Below, piece by piece: positions 1-39,953 of a stretch of 64,000 bases of DNA. Origin of the DNA: Hormiphora californensis (Eukaryota; Animalia; Ctenophora); contig CM035352.1 of the NCBI GenBank assembly GCA_020137815.1, forward strand, positions 3,224,001 through 3,288,000, read 5' to 3'. A model generated the notes under the pieces. The model saw only the letters and a list, made by a program, of their open reading frames with translations, had not been told where the DNA came from and searched no databases. The translations under genes and the position numbers were made by a program. Numbering within the stretch: the first letter of the stretch is position 1; each line of letters begins with the position of its first letter.

Positions 1-1369
1 ACTGATATAGACTGGGACGAGGGTTATCCGGAGGCGTTTGCCCTTATCTCCGCTGAAATGGCTGACAAGTGTAAGCAGTGTCTAGAGTATTGGAACTCCC
101 ACCATCATTCTAGTCCAATGTTCTGGGACATGCCGAGTGGGGTGATGCCCCAGATTGATGATAACCAGATGAATGATGCTATCCCCCTGGCATGCCAGAT
201 CGTACTAGATCAGGCAGGGTTTAGAGTCCGTCCACACCCGATAATAAAACCCGTGACGTATATGAACGAGGACACGAATACCCGGACTACCGTCTGTCTC
301 TGCCAGGTGAGTCTCGGAACAGTTGGGGGAGGGGGACCATGTTAGGTGAGTCTCGGAACAATTGGGGGAGGGGGACCATGTTAGGTGAGTCTCGTAACAA
401 TTGGGGGAGGGGGACCATGTTAGGTGAGTCTCGGAACAATTGGGGGGGGGGGGGGGACCATGCCAGGTACTAGTTGTATTAAAGAACAATCGGGATGGGA
501 CCAGCTGTTAGTTTCATAGGGAGGGGGATGGGTTCACACAAGACTCCTTTCTGCTAGGGAAGGGGGCCTGTGTGTTCGTGGCTTTGTTTGTTCGTGTGGG
601 TGTTTAGGTATTGCATAAAATATATGGGAGATAATCAGGACAGATCACTACTCCAACTAACACCTCAGAGAGGAGAGAGGAGAAAGAAGGGAGTTTCTCC
701 TCACTCTCTCTATCTCCTTTTCTTTCTCTCTGTTCCTCTCTTTCTCTCTGAACCCTAGCGGCTCAAATCGAAACCGGCTTATTTTTGAGGACTGGGGAAC
801 CTAATTTTCTCTTACTGCATCTTGAGAGGGGACAGTTATAGGTCGAATTAGGGCACGAAACAATACACAAGCACCCTGAGACCTGATACCACATCACACC
901 CTGAGACCACACTAACACTCATTTACCCCCTCAGATTATGGGAGAGGATAAGACTTTTGACAGCAAAGCGGCTGCCAGTTCACGGATGTTCTTCCCCCTA
1001 AACGGTGCGATGCAGCACCTCCGAGACCCCTACCACCCAGAAACGCCCAATCACCTGCGGTATTTCCACAAGCAATTGTACGACCTCGACCAGGCACTTA
1101 TAGACAAGCGACAGGCAGCTCGCCGGACTAGCGAAGACAGTTTTATCTGTTCTCCCTCTCCTCTCTCGGAGGACGGGAGAAAGAGACGGATATCGTCGAG
1201 CAGCGAAACAAGCGATGGTCGTAGCCCCAAAAGCCCGTGTACCAAATCACCCTTGTTCAGAAGGACACTAGCGAACATACGGCCACCACCGACCTTTGCA
1301 GGGGGTGTCAAACCTATAATCGAGATGCCATCACTCTCTAAGGACCCTCGATTAAAGTCACGAGAATGA
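1..1369 (+). CDS. 3' part of an unidentified protein-coding gene (last two exons)
   Basis: Open frame from window start to CAG|GTGAGT at 306/307; acceptor TCAG at 931-934 joins in phase 0 to exon 935-1369 (IMGEDKTF...KSRE*), which has a Ser/Pro-rich basic C-terminus. No family recognised. Confidence 0.6.
307..466 (+). repeat. Intronic 39-bp tandem repeat (4 units), each unit GTGAGT...AG
   Basis: Units start at 307, 346, 385 and 424: gtgagtctcggaacaattgggggaggggaccatgttag-like. Confidence 0.9.
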
Positions 1370-1475
1370 GAGGTGTGTTTGTTAGCGATTTTCTCAGGGG
1401 TGTTTGGTAGATTTTCGGGAGAATTTAGGTGTGTAGTATGTGATTGTTAGGATAGTGAGAGAGCAGTGTGTATCA

Positions 1476-1478
<3 letters not shown>

Positions 1479-1564
<86 letters not shown>
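1479..1564. repeat. (GA)n microsatellite, representative of many (GA/TC)n tracts in the window
   Basis: Direct observation. Others at ~3825, 4600, 6790, 17465, 18490, 20582, 21440, 46800, 49565, 54240 and 54452. Confidence 0.95.
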
Positions 1565-2646
1565 TGTGTATAAATTATTTTTTGCTTTTATCACAGTATT
1601 GTTGTTTCCAGTTCCACAAAGAACACGTGTAATTCTAGGAGAGGCACCGAACTCCTGCTAGCTTTCTGAGGGGTTAGGTGCCGCCTCGGAAGACATGTGT
1701 ATTATACGTGGTCGTTGTAGAGAGATATATCGTGTGTACTAATACCACACGAGTACATTTAGGGGGAGAGAGATTCATGGGACAGAAACGCACATTCTAT
1801 TAAATCTCTTGAAATATTCTTTTTGTTTTGTCATAAAATTCACAAAAAAAGTATATAAAAACGCTGTATTATATAAGCTTTTGAGAAGCGAAAACAACTA
1901 AAAAAACTAAATTTTCAGAAAAGAAAAAACCTAGTAGACCGTTAGGAGTGTTACGTGTGTTTAGGGTGTGATAGAAGAGAGCTCTCTCGAGAGGGAGAGA
2001 TAGAGAGAGTAATCCCAGTATTTTTCGTATGGATTTTAATTTTCTGTTTTTAGCCCTTTTTGGCCAAGCCATGCCAGCTGATATGAGTGTATTGTTCAAG
2101 CTGTGTCAGGTGGATTTCGGGATAAAATCAGCTGTCACAGTATCTTTTGATAATGTTAAATGTGGTGCACTTGTGTTAAATATAATGTCTACATTATTAT
2201 ATCTTTTGGAGCCAAGGTCGGTTAAAGTTGATTTTGAGTTGCTTAAATGTAATACAATACACTTGTTCTGAACAACAAAAACTGGTATTTTTCAATTTGT
2301 CTGCCGCGGTGACTGGAGAGGGAAGGGGGATTGAAGAATAAGAATTGAAGAAAAGTGAGAAAAAATTGTGTGCCAGCACATCAAACAAGAATTGTTGAGT
2401 CGAGAGAACCCAATACCAAGGGATGGTAAAACAAAAGGAAAGATGCATTTAGATGGGCGAGACTGAGAGAGAAAGAGGTGGGAGAGAGAACGACTAAAGA
2501 GGGAAGGGGAGAGACAAATATTAAAAACTATGCTCAGCAAAGAGAGAAATAATATCATGAGTTTACACTGCTGAAGGCCAAGGGAGAAAAGGTCTTGTGC
2601 AATGAAGACCCCGCACAAAGAATTAAAAAAGATGTTAAGAGGGAGG

Positions 2647-2681
<35 letters not shown>

Positions 2682-2825
2682 AGGGAGAGAGAAAATAGAT
2701 AGAGGGGTAGGTATTGCAGTGGATTTATGCGTGTGAGATTGTGTGTATGCAGTACGAGGGATAATTAGGCTACATAACTAATGAGAGAGAGTACCTACCT
2801 TTCAATATTGTCAGCATTCCTTCTC

Positions 2826-5880
<3,055 letters not shown>

Positions 5881-6237
5881 AGCTAGAACTGGGAGAAATT
5901 GTCAGAATTGTTTGGATTTCAGGATATAGGAGGTCGGACTGAAAGGAAAGGAGTGATGCGCGCACTGTCCTGGTGTGGTGTTCAGGCGCGTTACAAATAA
6001 CACGCTGACATCAAGGACATAAGTGAGACACAACAATATAGTGTGTCACAAATCATAATTTAGCTGGCAAGTGGGAAGCAAGGGGTGGTGCTACGATGGT
6101 GAGGGTGTTACACACAAAATGGATGTAGGGCATGGTAAAAAGTTAAAATTCATATACGAAATACAAACAGGATAAAAACGGACATTTATAACTGTCCAAC
6201 TTTGATCTGCCGAAAATGCAATGTGAGCCACACAATT

Positions 6238-10990
<4,753 letters not shown>

Positions 10991-11126
10991 GGTCCTAGAT
11001 TCAGAGGAAAGTAGTTCAGATGGGATTTATAAATTGAAGAGTTGACAAACGGGTTTAAATATTTACAGAAAGTAAAAATCTCAAAAACACAAAACATCTA
11101 AAAGTTGTATCAAAATTGTACCATCA

Positions 11127-11792
11127 TTATCTGCCTTTATTATGACCCCCGGGTGTCCATGAATCGGGTTGGAATGTTCTTCCATCATCACTACTACCAC
11201 CACCAGGTGTCCAAGATTCAGGCTCGAATTTGTTGTCTTCACCGTTATCAGGGTCCAACGGAATGTGTGTTTGTCCTTTCTTTTTTCCTCTTTCATTTTC
11301 CTCCTTCTGTTCCTCATTATTATTACATTTCTTAGAATTATTTAGAATTTTGCTTTTATCCAAGTGTCCTAAACCAACCTTTGGAGCTGGCATCCACTCC
11401 CCAGGCTCGAAGCTGTCACCCCTTGTTTTAGGCTCACCTCGATTTTCCCGTGCAGTCGCGGGATCTAACCCGGGGGCGGCGGCATGATCTAACCTCTTTA
11501 TCACAACCCTCTTACTATCCTCCTCCGCCCTCATCTCCTCCCTAATCTCGTCCTCTCCTGGGGTATCGGTCCTGGTGCCGCTCATCCAGGCTCTCCAAGC
11601 TGGTGGTACATTGTCCACCTGATGAGATGCCGCCTCTCCGGATGAGGCGTTACGAAACACCCGCTGTTCACGACGAGCCGTTGTGATGCGGTAGTAGGTG
11701 TTGCCAAGGTGATCTCGACCTACAATCTCCTTGTGGGGCATGCCGAGGATTGATTTTGGGACACGGAGGAGTGTTGAGAGAATTCTCTTCAT
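11127..11792 (-). CDS. NDUFAF2: NDUFA12-family complex I assembly factor 2 (mimitin), intronless
   Basis: VGRDHLGNTYY, VPPAWRAWMSGTR and C-terminal F(E/Q)PxxWxP motifs. Confidence 0.8.
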   Translation of the reverse strand: MKRILSTLLRVPKSILGMPHKEIVGRDHLGNTYYRITTARREQRVFRNASSGEAASHQVDNVPPAWRAWMSGTRTDTPGEDEIREEMRAEEDSKRVVIKRLDHAAAPGLDPATARENRGEPKTRGDSFEPGEWMPAPKVGLGHLDKSKILNNSKKCNNNEEQKEENERGKKKGQTHIPLDPDNGEDNKFEPESWTPGGGSSDDGRTFQPDSWTPGGHNKGR

Positions 11793-11922
11793 ATTGGCTT
11801 AAAAAGAGGGATAACGTTAGTTGAGGAAATTGTAAAAAGAATGGAGTCACGATCAGTGATCACAGTGAATAAAATCAAGATAAAACATAAACATTCAATA
11901 ATTTAAAAAGCCAGCTGGTCTA

Positions 11923-12435
11923 TTATAACGGTTTTTTCATGACAATAAAGTTACATTCCAGAGCCAGCAACTCCACAAAACCAGGAAAATACTTTCCAAA
12001 GTCTTCATCCCTATCCCACACGAACCCCAACCTCTCATACCAAGCCCTCACCGAACTTTTCCACTTATCCGCCTTGTGTCTAGGATACAACAACTCAATT
12101 TCCAACCTGGTACAACCATTCTCCCTGGCTGACTCTGATATGTACTCCATCATCTGGCTCCCAATCCTCTTGCCCCTTTGATCGGGCCTTACAACAAGCA
12201 TGGCAACCTCTCTATACCCCTCCATCCTGCCCATCCTGACACACCCCACAATCTCTCCATCCAGCTCAGCTACCACGAGTTCCTTGTCCCGGTGGTATTG
12301 TTCGAATACGGCAGGGGTGATTCTATCGTGGCCCGGTTTCCAAAGATGACCCTCACATTCCTCGTATATCGTGTTAACAAGGGGAATCAGGATGGGTGCA
12401 TCTGATGCCAGGGAGAGTCGTATAATAGTGGCCAT
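11923..12435 (-). CDS. GNAT-family N-acetyltransferase, intronless
   Basis: Acetyl-CoA motif A (LVVRPDQRGKRIG) and WYERLGF. The likely start is MATIIR at 12435, 7 nt after the acceptor ttttactcccAG. Confidence 0.88.
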   Translation of the reverse strand: MATIIRLSLASDAPILIPLVNTIYEECEGHLWKPGHDRITPAVFEQYHRDKELVVAELDGEIVGCVRMGRMEGYREVAMLVVRPDQRGKRIGSQMMEYISESARENGCTRLEIELLYPRHKADKWKSSVRAWYERLGFVWDRDEDFGKYFPGFVELLALECNFIVMKKPL

Positions 12436-12636
12436 TGCAGTACTGGGAGTAAAACAATGAACTGTTTTAAATATCAGTGACAATAAATTCAGGTTTCAGA
12501 TACACAGGAAAATTTTCATATTACAAACACATTTCTTAAAATTATGTAACACGTACAATTAATGGGTTGTTATGTTCTAACCCTCCCTTTACATTTGTAA
12601 AGTGCAGGGCGACCGAAACACAGTCTAGCCAGGCAA

Positions 12637-14367
12637 TTAATGGGTGCATGCGGAATATCTAGTAGCCCTTTGTAGGTATGTTTCGACATGTTTAAAACTC
12701 ACACCGGGATACCTCTCACTAAGCACACTCACACTCTGTTCAGTGACTCTAGCACAGTAACTGACATCTAAAAACCTCACCCTCTTACACTTGTCCAAGA
12801 AAACCTCTAACCCAGACGGGGTGATATGCTGTGATCCCAGTAGATCCAACTGTTCCAACTTCCGGCACCCTTTACTGAGCTCCCCCAGACCCTGGTCCCG
12901 TGTTTCCCGGTGTGCTGTCAGCAGGAGTATCACAAGATTAGGGCAGTGAGCCGCTAGGATGGGGAGAATGTCACGTGATTTAACTGAGGTACACCACCCC
13001 AAATCGAGTTCCACCAGATATTCCCCATGGTGATGAATGAATGCTGCGGCACAATCAAAAGTCAGGTTGTTCCAGTGCCACAACTCAACACCCCGCAAAC
13101 ACCCGGGGGATTTTTCAGTTAGGCAGTTTAGGATTGAGTCTTGGTTAGCAAGGAGGAAAGGTGAACCCGCTTTGAACCATTCCAAATTATCCAGTGAGGA
13201 GAGGAGAGTCATCAGGCTGGAGGTGGTGAATAGAGCATGGGAGATATCTAGATATTGAAGATCCCGGAGAGAGGTTAACCAGGGTAGTGACAGCTGGACT
13301 GAGTTATCGGTGTTCGAGAGATCTAAAATTCGGAGGTCTCGGGAGCACACGGATATCGTTTCTAGGACAGTTTGTGTGACCACTCGGCACCCGGATAGTG
13401 AGAGAGATCTGAGGTTTGGAGCTGCCCTAATAACGCGACTCAGCCCAGCACCAGTTATTTGATTGTTAGCACCCAACCACGACACATCAAGGTGGTGAAG
13501 GTGGTGAAAACTCCGAGATAGGACATCTAGAGCGGTGTCGCTGAGTACCCGGTAGTAGGGACGGAGATTGACGGAGGTGTAAAGAGAAGCATCGCCGGAT
13601 AGTTTTCGGAATAGTTTGCTTGTTCTAGAAATTCGACGGAGATCATCAATGTCCAAAAATCGGAGGATTTTAACGAGAATTTCATTCGGTAGAACAGTGA
13701 TACTAATAGGTAGCAGGTCTGTGTTACCATTAGTCGTGAGAGGGTACGTGAGGGCAGGAAGAGGTGGCGTGGGAGTGAGAAAATCATAACCCGTCAAGAA
13801 AATTGATTCAATCTGGCTAAAATATTCACTGGCCTTGAAATTGAACTCAATAAGTAAAACATTAATTGCTTCGGCAGGTTGAGGAAGTGGAATTTGAGTT
13901 TGTTCATAGCAGTAAACTGATTCACTTTGTTCCTCATCATTTCTCCACAACTCAATCCATCTGACCTCATCCCCCGCCACTGAACTTCCACCGAACACTG
14001 ATGTGATGTGACCGGGGAAAAAGTTCTCACATATCACGAGAGAAACCGGGAAAACAGCTTTTCTGAAAGAACATTCAATGAAATCTGTGGCTGTAAACTC
14101 TGGAGGAGTGTAGTATTTGGGTAGGGTAAGTCGGGAAGGATAGCCATCAGCCCATTCCCCAAAACGTCTAAAGCCCCCACTGTAATAGTTATCCCCGTAC
14201 TCATTGTAGGATGTCGGGTGTCCACAGATGTTGTTATGTGACATCATACACGAATGTGGCAAGCCATACTCGCTGCTGAATGCCCGGATTGTAGAGGGAT
14301 ATTGTTCAATTTTAGTTGGTTTTGGCTCGTAAACATCCATTAGACGACGTAACTTTTGCAGGCACAT
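12637..14367 (-). CDS. FBXL4: F-box/LRR-repeat protein 4-like, intronless
   Basis: N-terminal FSSEYG...DFIECSFRKAVFP...ENFFPG discoidin-like region typical of FBXL4, F-box LPNEILVKILRFLD, then AMN1-type LRRs (LDLGWC, LEQLDLLG, LDVSYC). Confidence 0.85.
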   Translation of the reverse strand: MCLQKLRRLMDVYEPKPTKIEQYPSTIRAFSSEYGLPHSCMMSHNNICGHPTSYNEYGDNYYSGGFRRFGEWADGYPSRLTLPKYYTPPEFTATDFIECSFRKAVFPVSLVICENFFPGHITSVFGGSSVAGDEVRWIELWRNDEEQSESVYCYEQTQIPLPQPAEAINVLLIEFNFKASEYFSQIESIFLTGYDFLTPTPPLPALTYPLTTNGNTDLLPISITVLPNEILVKILRFLDIDDLRRISRTSKLFRKLSGDASLYTSVNLRPYYRVLSDTALDVLSRSFHHLHHLDVSWLGANNQITGAGLSRVIRAAPNLRSLSLSGCRVVTQTVLETISVCSRDLRILDLSNTDNSVQLSLPWLTSLRDLQYLDISHALFTTSSLMTLLSSLDNLEWFKAGSPFLLANQDSILNCLTEKSPGCLRGVELWHWNNLTFDCAAAFIHHHGEYLVELDLGWCTSVKSRDILPILAAHCPNLVILLLTAHRETRDQGLGELSKGCRKLEQLDLLGSQHITPSGLEVFLDKCKRVRFLDVSYCARVTEQSVSVLSERYPGVSFKHVETYLQRATRYSACTH

Positions 14368-15492
14368 GTGAGTTACTTCTTAGACATAACGCTGCGAAAT
14401 GGAAAATAACTTGAGGTTTCTAGGATAGTAATAAAACGGCTAGCGCCTAGCAGGGCACCTGGTTGGCCTTTGAACTTTTTTACGGATTGCTAAACATTTT
14501 GGCCTTCGCTTCAGATATGTATGCCTAAGCTAGGCGAAGCTAGGTTGTCCGTTGTTTTCGTTGCAAGAAAAGAGGTAAAATTTTGGTCAAAAAATGAAAA
14601 TTTGGGCGATTTCTGAACGACGCGAACGACAAAATTTTGGGCGCGCGGCGTAAGAAAACGTATTTTTGGCAGCGTTTTAAATCATTTTTTCGCGCGTTAC
14701 GACGAAAGTCAACTTTATTTGTGCGCGATATTTTTCAAAATTCCACTGCCTGCACAGCTCAGATTTCACTTTGAAGTCACATTTTTAAAAAATGCTCAAA
14801 ACAAGCTCAGATGGTCAGAAAGTTGAAAAGTGCTGCCTTATCCCGTGCTGGGGGCCAGGCGCCAGCAGCGTTTGCCAAGTTAGAAAGGCCTTAAAACCGA
14901 TGGGCCCACTTGAGGGGCCTATGCCCCTTACACCCGCTGTGGGGGCCAGGTCCCGGAGTTTCAACTCGTGGCAGAGTCATCAGACCCTGGACACACTTGG
15001 GCTGCCGAGAGCCGAGCATCGCCCCTGTTAGAGTTAGGGTAAGGGCTATACCTGTATCTGATGAACAGCTGGTACAGCTGTTCAAAGTGTGAATCACAAG
15101 CATCGTTTATGAGGGGATGTTGAATGTTGATTTTAAATTTACATTATAAATTCTGTTTTAAACTTGTAAACTTTAGGGTCGGGATAGGGCTTTGAAAAAC
15201 AAATTATCGCCGGTTAAGTGGTTTAGTGGTTAGAATCAATTTATGTGTATCTTTTTGACTTCAGGTTTTTCTGAGGATAGTGAGGTGCATAGATGTTCAC
15301 TTTCAGTGCCCACGTTCGTAAAATTGTGTCTTGGTCATAGAACATTACATTTCGCTGATTAAATAATTCACTGCAATTAGATTAATGATTCCATGTAACC
15401 GGTAATTGCTTTACCGTGTGGTAGTCTGCCGTTTACCACGACAAAATTACGTGTACCTCACACACTACCATTGTTCATATTTGCCTAGCTAG

Positions 15493-16853
15493 CAGGAAGC
15501 GACCGAATATTCGGTTCGGTTCGGTTCGGTTCGGAAATTCGGTGTTTTTTGGGCGGTTCGGTTCGGTTCGGTTCGGTAGGAAATTTTGGCCGAACCACCG
15601 AATTTTTTGGTCAAAAAATGCCCAGAAATCGGGCTTTTTCATGCAAAATTTTTCAATTATTTCACGAAAATTGTATGGATTTCAATGTCAATTTCGCCGT
15701 ATTAACCCTATTTCGAATCGGTGGTGCTATGTGGAAATGATTTCGCTAGTTAGCGGGTTCGATATGGATTGATTTGATACCTGACTTCCCGTCGAATCGT
15801 GTCCTCATGAGAGGGTCAACAAATTCAGAAACTTTTTTTTTCAAAATATTCATGGAGAGCACCGATCAAGGTGTTAAGAATCATTCTCTGAAATTTTGTA
15901 AAAAAGTTTGGAAAATATTTCAAAGTCAATTTTATGGAAAATTTTCTATGTCAATTTTTGCGTACGAATCGTGTTTCGAATCGGTATTGCTAAGCGGGAG
16001 TGATGTTGCTAATTAGTGGGTCCGAGATGGATTATGCTGATACGTGATCCCCCATCAAATCTAATTAGGAAGTTTAGGGGAAACGATTCATGTTTCAATA
16101 AATCCTGCTAATTAGCGAGAGCACTACCGCATAGCATCACCGATTCGCAACACGATTCGTACGGCAAAATTGACATAGATTTTTTTTTCCGAAATTGACT
16201 TTGAAATATTTTACAAATTTTTTTCACAAAATTAAATGTTTCTCTAAAAATTCATGGAGAGCATCGATCAAGGTATTGAGAATCATTACCTGAAATTTTG
16301 TGAATTTTTTTTTGTGAAAAATATTTTAAGTAAATTATGGTATACGAATCGTGTTTCTAATCGACAATGCTAAACGGGAGTGATGTTGGTAATTAGTGGG
16401 TCCGAGATGGATTGTGCTGATACATGATCCCCCATCAAATCTAATTAGGAAATTTAGAGAGACACGATTCATGGTTCGTTTAATCCTGCTAATTAGCAAT
16501 ACCATTCCCGTATAGCATTGCCGATTCGAAACACGATTCGTACGCAAAAATTGACATAGAAAATTTACGATAAAATTGACTTTGAAAATTATTTCACAAA
16601 ATTGACTTTGAAATTTTTTCAAACATTTTTTAACAAAATTTCAGAGAATGATTCTCAATACCTTGATCGGTGCTCGAGCATGCTCTCCATGACTTTTTAG
16701 AGAAACATTTATACAGAAAAAGTTTTGTATGGTTCGGTTCGGTTCGGTTACCGAAATTCGGTTCGGTTCGGTTCGGTTCGGTTCGGTAAAAAAGTTTTTC
16801 AAATTCGGTTCGGTTCGGTTCGGTGGAAAAAACCCCGGTTCGGTCGTTTCCTG
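15493..16853. mobile_element. 1.36-kb non-autonomous hAT-like element
   Basis: TIR CAGGAA(G/A)CGACCGAA, 8-bp TSD CTAGCTAG (15485-15492, 16854-16861), subterminal (TTCGG)n arrays, internal inverted and direct repeats. Confidence 0.9.
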
Positions 16854-17112
16854 CTAGCTAGACTGTGTTTTGCGTGCTCCGTAAAGGAGGGTTAGAACAT
16901 AACAAGTTCATATATTGTGTGCAGTGTAGATCAGTTTCCACATTTGATAATTGTCACATCTACACAAACAAAAGGCCATCGCTTATTTGCAGTCGAGGTT
17001 CTGGTACCCACCACTGCATTTTATATTCCAAATAAACAGTCACTTTCTACTTTTTTATAACTTCATCGTTCCTATTTTTCTACTATTTCTATACTAATCT
17101 TTAGATGTCTTA

Positions 17113-37250
<20,138 letters not shown>

Positions 37251-37268
37251 GGTAGAGAGGCGTAGAGA

Positions 37269-38705
37269 CTAGAGAGTTAGGTGTGCCTTGGGTATTTCTC
37301 TTGAAACCATGCCGTTGGTTTGTTTAGTGTTTACAGCCACAAATCTCGTTAAAAAATGACCCTTTCCGATAAGAAAAGGAAGAAAAGGAAGAAATTTGAA
37401 CCCTAATTTTAACACTCGGAAACCCATGTTCCATCCATGTATGACCGGCACCATGCATGGTGTCGCCATGGTAACAAACTTGTCAACCCCGGTATAGGTC
37501 ACACCCATTATGACACCCATCATTACTTTCAGGTTCACTTCTGTTTGATTATCATGGAGGCCCGATTCCAGGCGGAGTACTGCTTTGCCCTTCGTTCCAT
37601 CAACTGATGAGACTTCTCCAATCTTCTCCAAAATACATATGTGGAAAAAGGAAGAGTTGAGGGTTGCTACTACTGCTGCACAGAGCTCTGTTGTTGATAC
37701 TATACATGTATCTTGGTAGTGTGTGAGATATATTCCTACCAGATATGACACACATTGTATCACATGATGCTCATTCACACATACACAATATGATGCATCC
37801 CAGTGTATTAAAAAAGTGACACAAAATTGAAACAGGCTCCGTTTAATTGTCTACAGCTAAAATCCTTCTACAAAATATATATTCCTATCCTTGATGTGCC
37901 GCCTGTTAGAGTAAGAGTGGCGCACCGTGTTTTCTCACAAAACTGAAAACTTAGTGGATGAACGGGGAGTACCATCAGGACCATTGCTACGGTATCGAAA
38001 ATTTCTAATTCTGTCTCGTTCATTAGTTACCGTTCCGATGGTCCTGATGGTACTCCACGTTCATCCACTAAGTTTTGTGAGAAAACACGGCACGCCACTC
38101 TTACTTTAAGTCAGATTGCTTGTGTGTATGATATGTGATAGTTTGTGGTAACGAGACACTTTCTGTTATAGAAAAAAAGAAGTGAGAAAATACCCTCTGT
38201 TTTTAGTGGGGTCGATTTTTATTGTTTTTTGTTTGTTCAAAGATAGCTTCTCCTCTGTATCGTGTGCTGTCTGGCGGTGCTCAGATCGGGTCGTGACTCC
38301 GCCAGACAGGTACAACATCCTTGTTTTGGGGGACATCTCAGTTAGGGTTGAGGGTATGTGCAGTATTGTGCATACACTCTCACTTGACAAGAAGAGTTCC
38401 ATCATTTTACCAAACGTTCTTAGCAATTTGATGTAATTTGGCCACAGTTTTCTGGTTCCACAGGTGATCTCAATACAAAACCAAGCTACCTGCCAGGCGG
38501 CGTCAGACACCATTTTTACATTCAGGTCGATGGTCGTGTCTGCGCCGCCACAGTTATACTGCAAGGTGGTCGTATTGAGATTTAAACTGCGGGCAATATC
38601 AGAAATGTCGTCAAGTAATACATTGTACAAGACTTGGATGATACTTTTTGAGAATATATCGGGGGAACTATTTCCCATATAAATCTCACTCCCAAATCGC
38701 ATCAT
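37269..38705 (-). CDS. Possible unidentified gene (complex-sequence ORFs 38166-38705 and 37269-37778, separated by a MITE-containing interval)
   Basis: Two 170-180 aa non-repetitive ORFs on the same strand; no recognisable domain. Confidence 0.35.
37910..38105. mobile_element. Palindromic MITE
   Basis: agtaagagtggcg..ccgtgttttctcacaaaac ... gttttgtgagaaaacacgg..cgccactcttact, long inverted arms. Confidence 0.8.
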
Positions 38706-39953
38706 ACAGAGGTAGAAGCTAGTTTATTACAAATAAAATCGTGCTTAATAAGTCTTTCTATAATTAACGTACTACACTTCTACTTAACCCCCCGGGTCTT
38801 GTTAATTTCCCAGCTGTGTGAAAACGATTGTGTGAAGTGTTATAACATGTTTTGACATGTTCTAACATGTCCCAAAACACCAATTCTCTCCTACTAAAGC
38901 TGCATGCCCATCTCATCCCGTTTTTGCATACGATATATATATTTACTGGGTGTTAACGATCGTATGATGACATTATGTATTGCTGAGATGTACATTGTAC
39001 ATTGATGTACATTCAGCAAAACATACACATGTATGTCGTCATGGGACAGGGAGAGAGAGGTTTGACAGACAACCAAAATCAGCAAAAATAGAGACGCGTT
39101 TTTTAGTTTGATGATTTTTTTGAGAGAGAGAAACTGGAAGATTTTACTTGACGAATTTTCCTTAATTTACCAAACAGTTTTTAGTAGAAGAGAGATCTTA
39201 TAAATTACTTGATTTTCTAAGGATCAACAGGAGAGAGTACAACGAATTCTCTCCTGTTTACTACAGCAGAGCAGCGTGTAAATGGGGTTTCATTGTAACA
39301 CTGATTTTGAAGGGGTTTTAGTATACAGCACTTATAATTGTGGTGACGTCAGTACACGCGTGGTGACGTCATTTTCTGTAAAAAACAATATTCTGCGACT
39401 TTAAAATGACAATTCCGTTGGATTTTACACAGTATATCCTAACATTAATTGTAACATGTCTGATTGATTTTACCAGACTCACGTGATGAGAGATTGTGTG
39501 TACGTGCTTTTTCCAGGGTACTTCTTTGATCATATTATGAGACTCGTACACAATTACACGTTTCGAGTTTTCCTTAATAAAACTTCTTGAAAACACAATA
39601 ATCGATTATTTCACGTTTTCTAAAACATCAGACTGCCTTCCCCATAAACAATGTTGGTCAAATTTGCTTCAAAAATGATACCAAAGTTAGATTGTATTTG
39701 GTACTTTGTTAGTTAGTTGGTTGGTAATAGTTGTGTAATCAACACTTCCTAATCCTCGATTTACCGGACTTCGAGGACCGAGGTCCATGGTATATCGAGG
39801 TGCTTACAGTACTTACGGCCTCCCTTGCAAGTTGCACCTCCGGAGATCTCCTATAGAGACGTCCCCGGAAGATCTCTGGAGATTCAAGGGAGGCCGCACC
39901 GTTATATACTACTGCACTAGAGCGCTATTGGAATGTACAGTTGAAAAAAAGCA

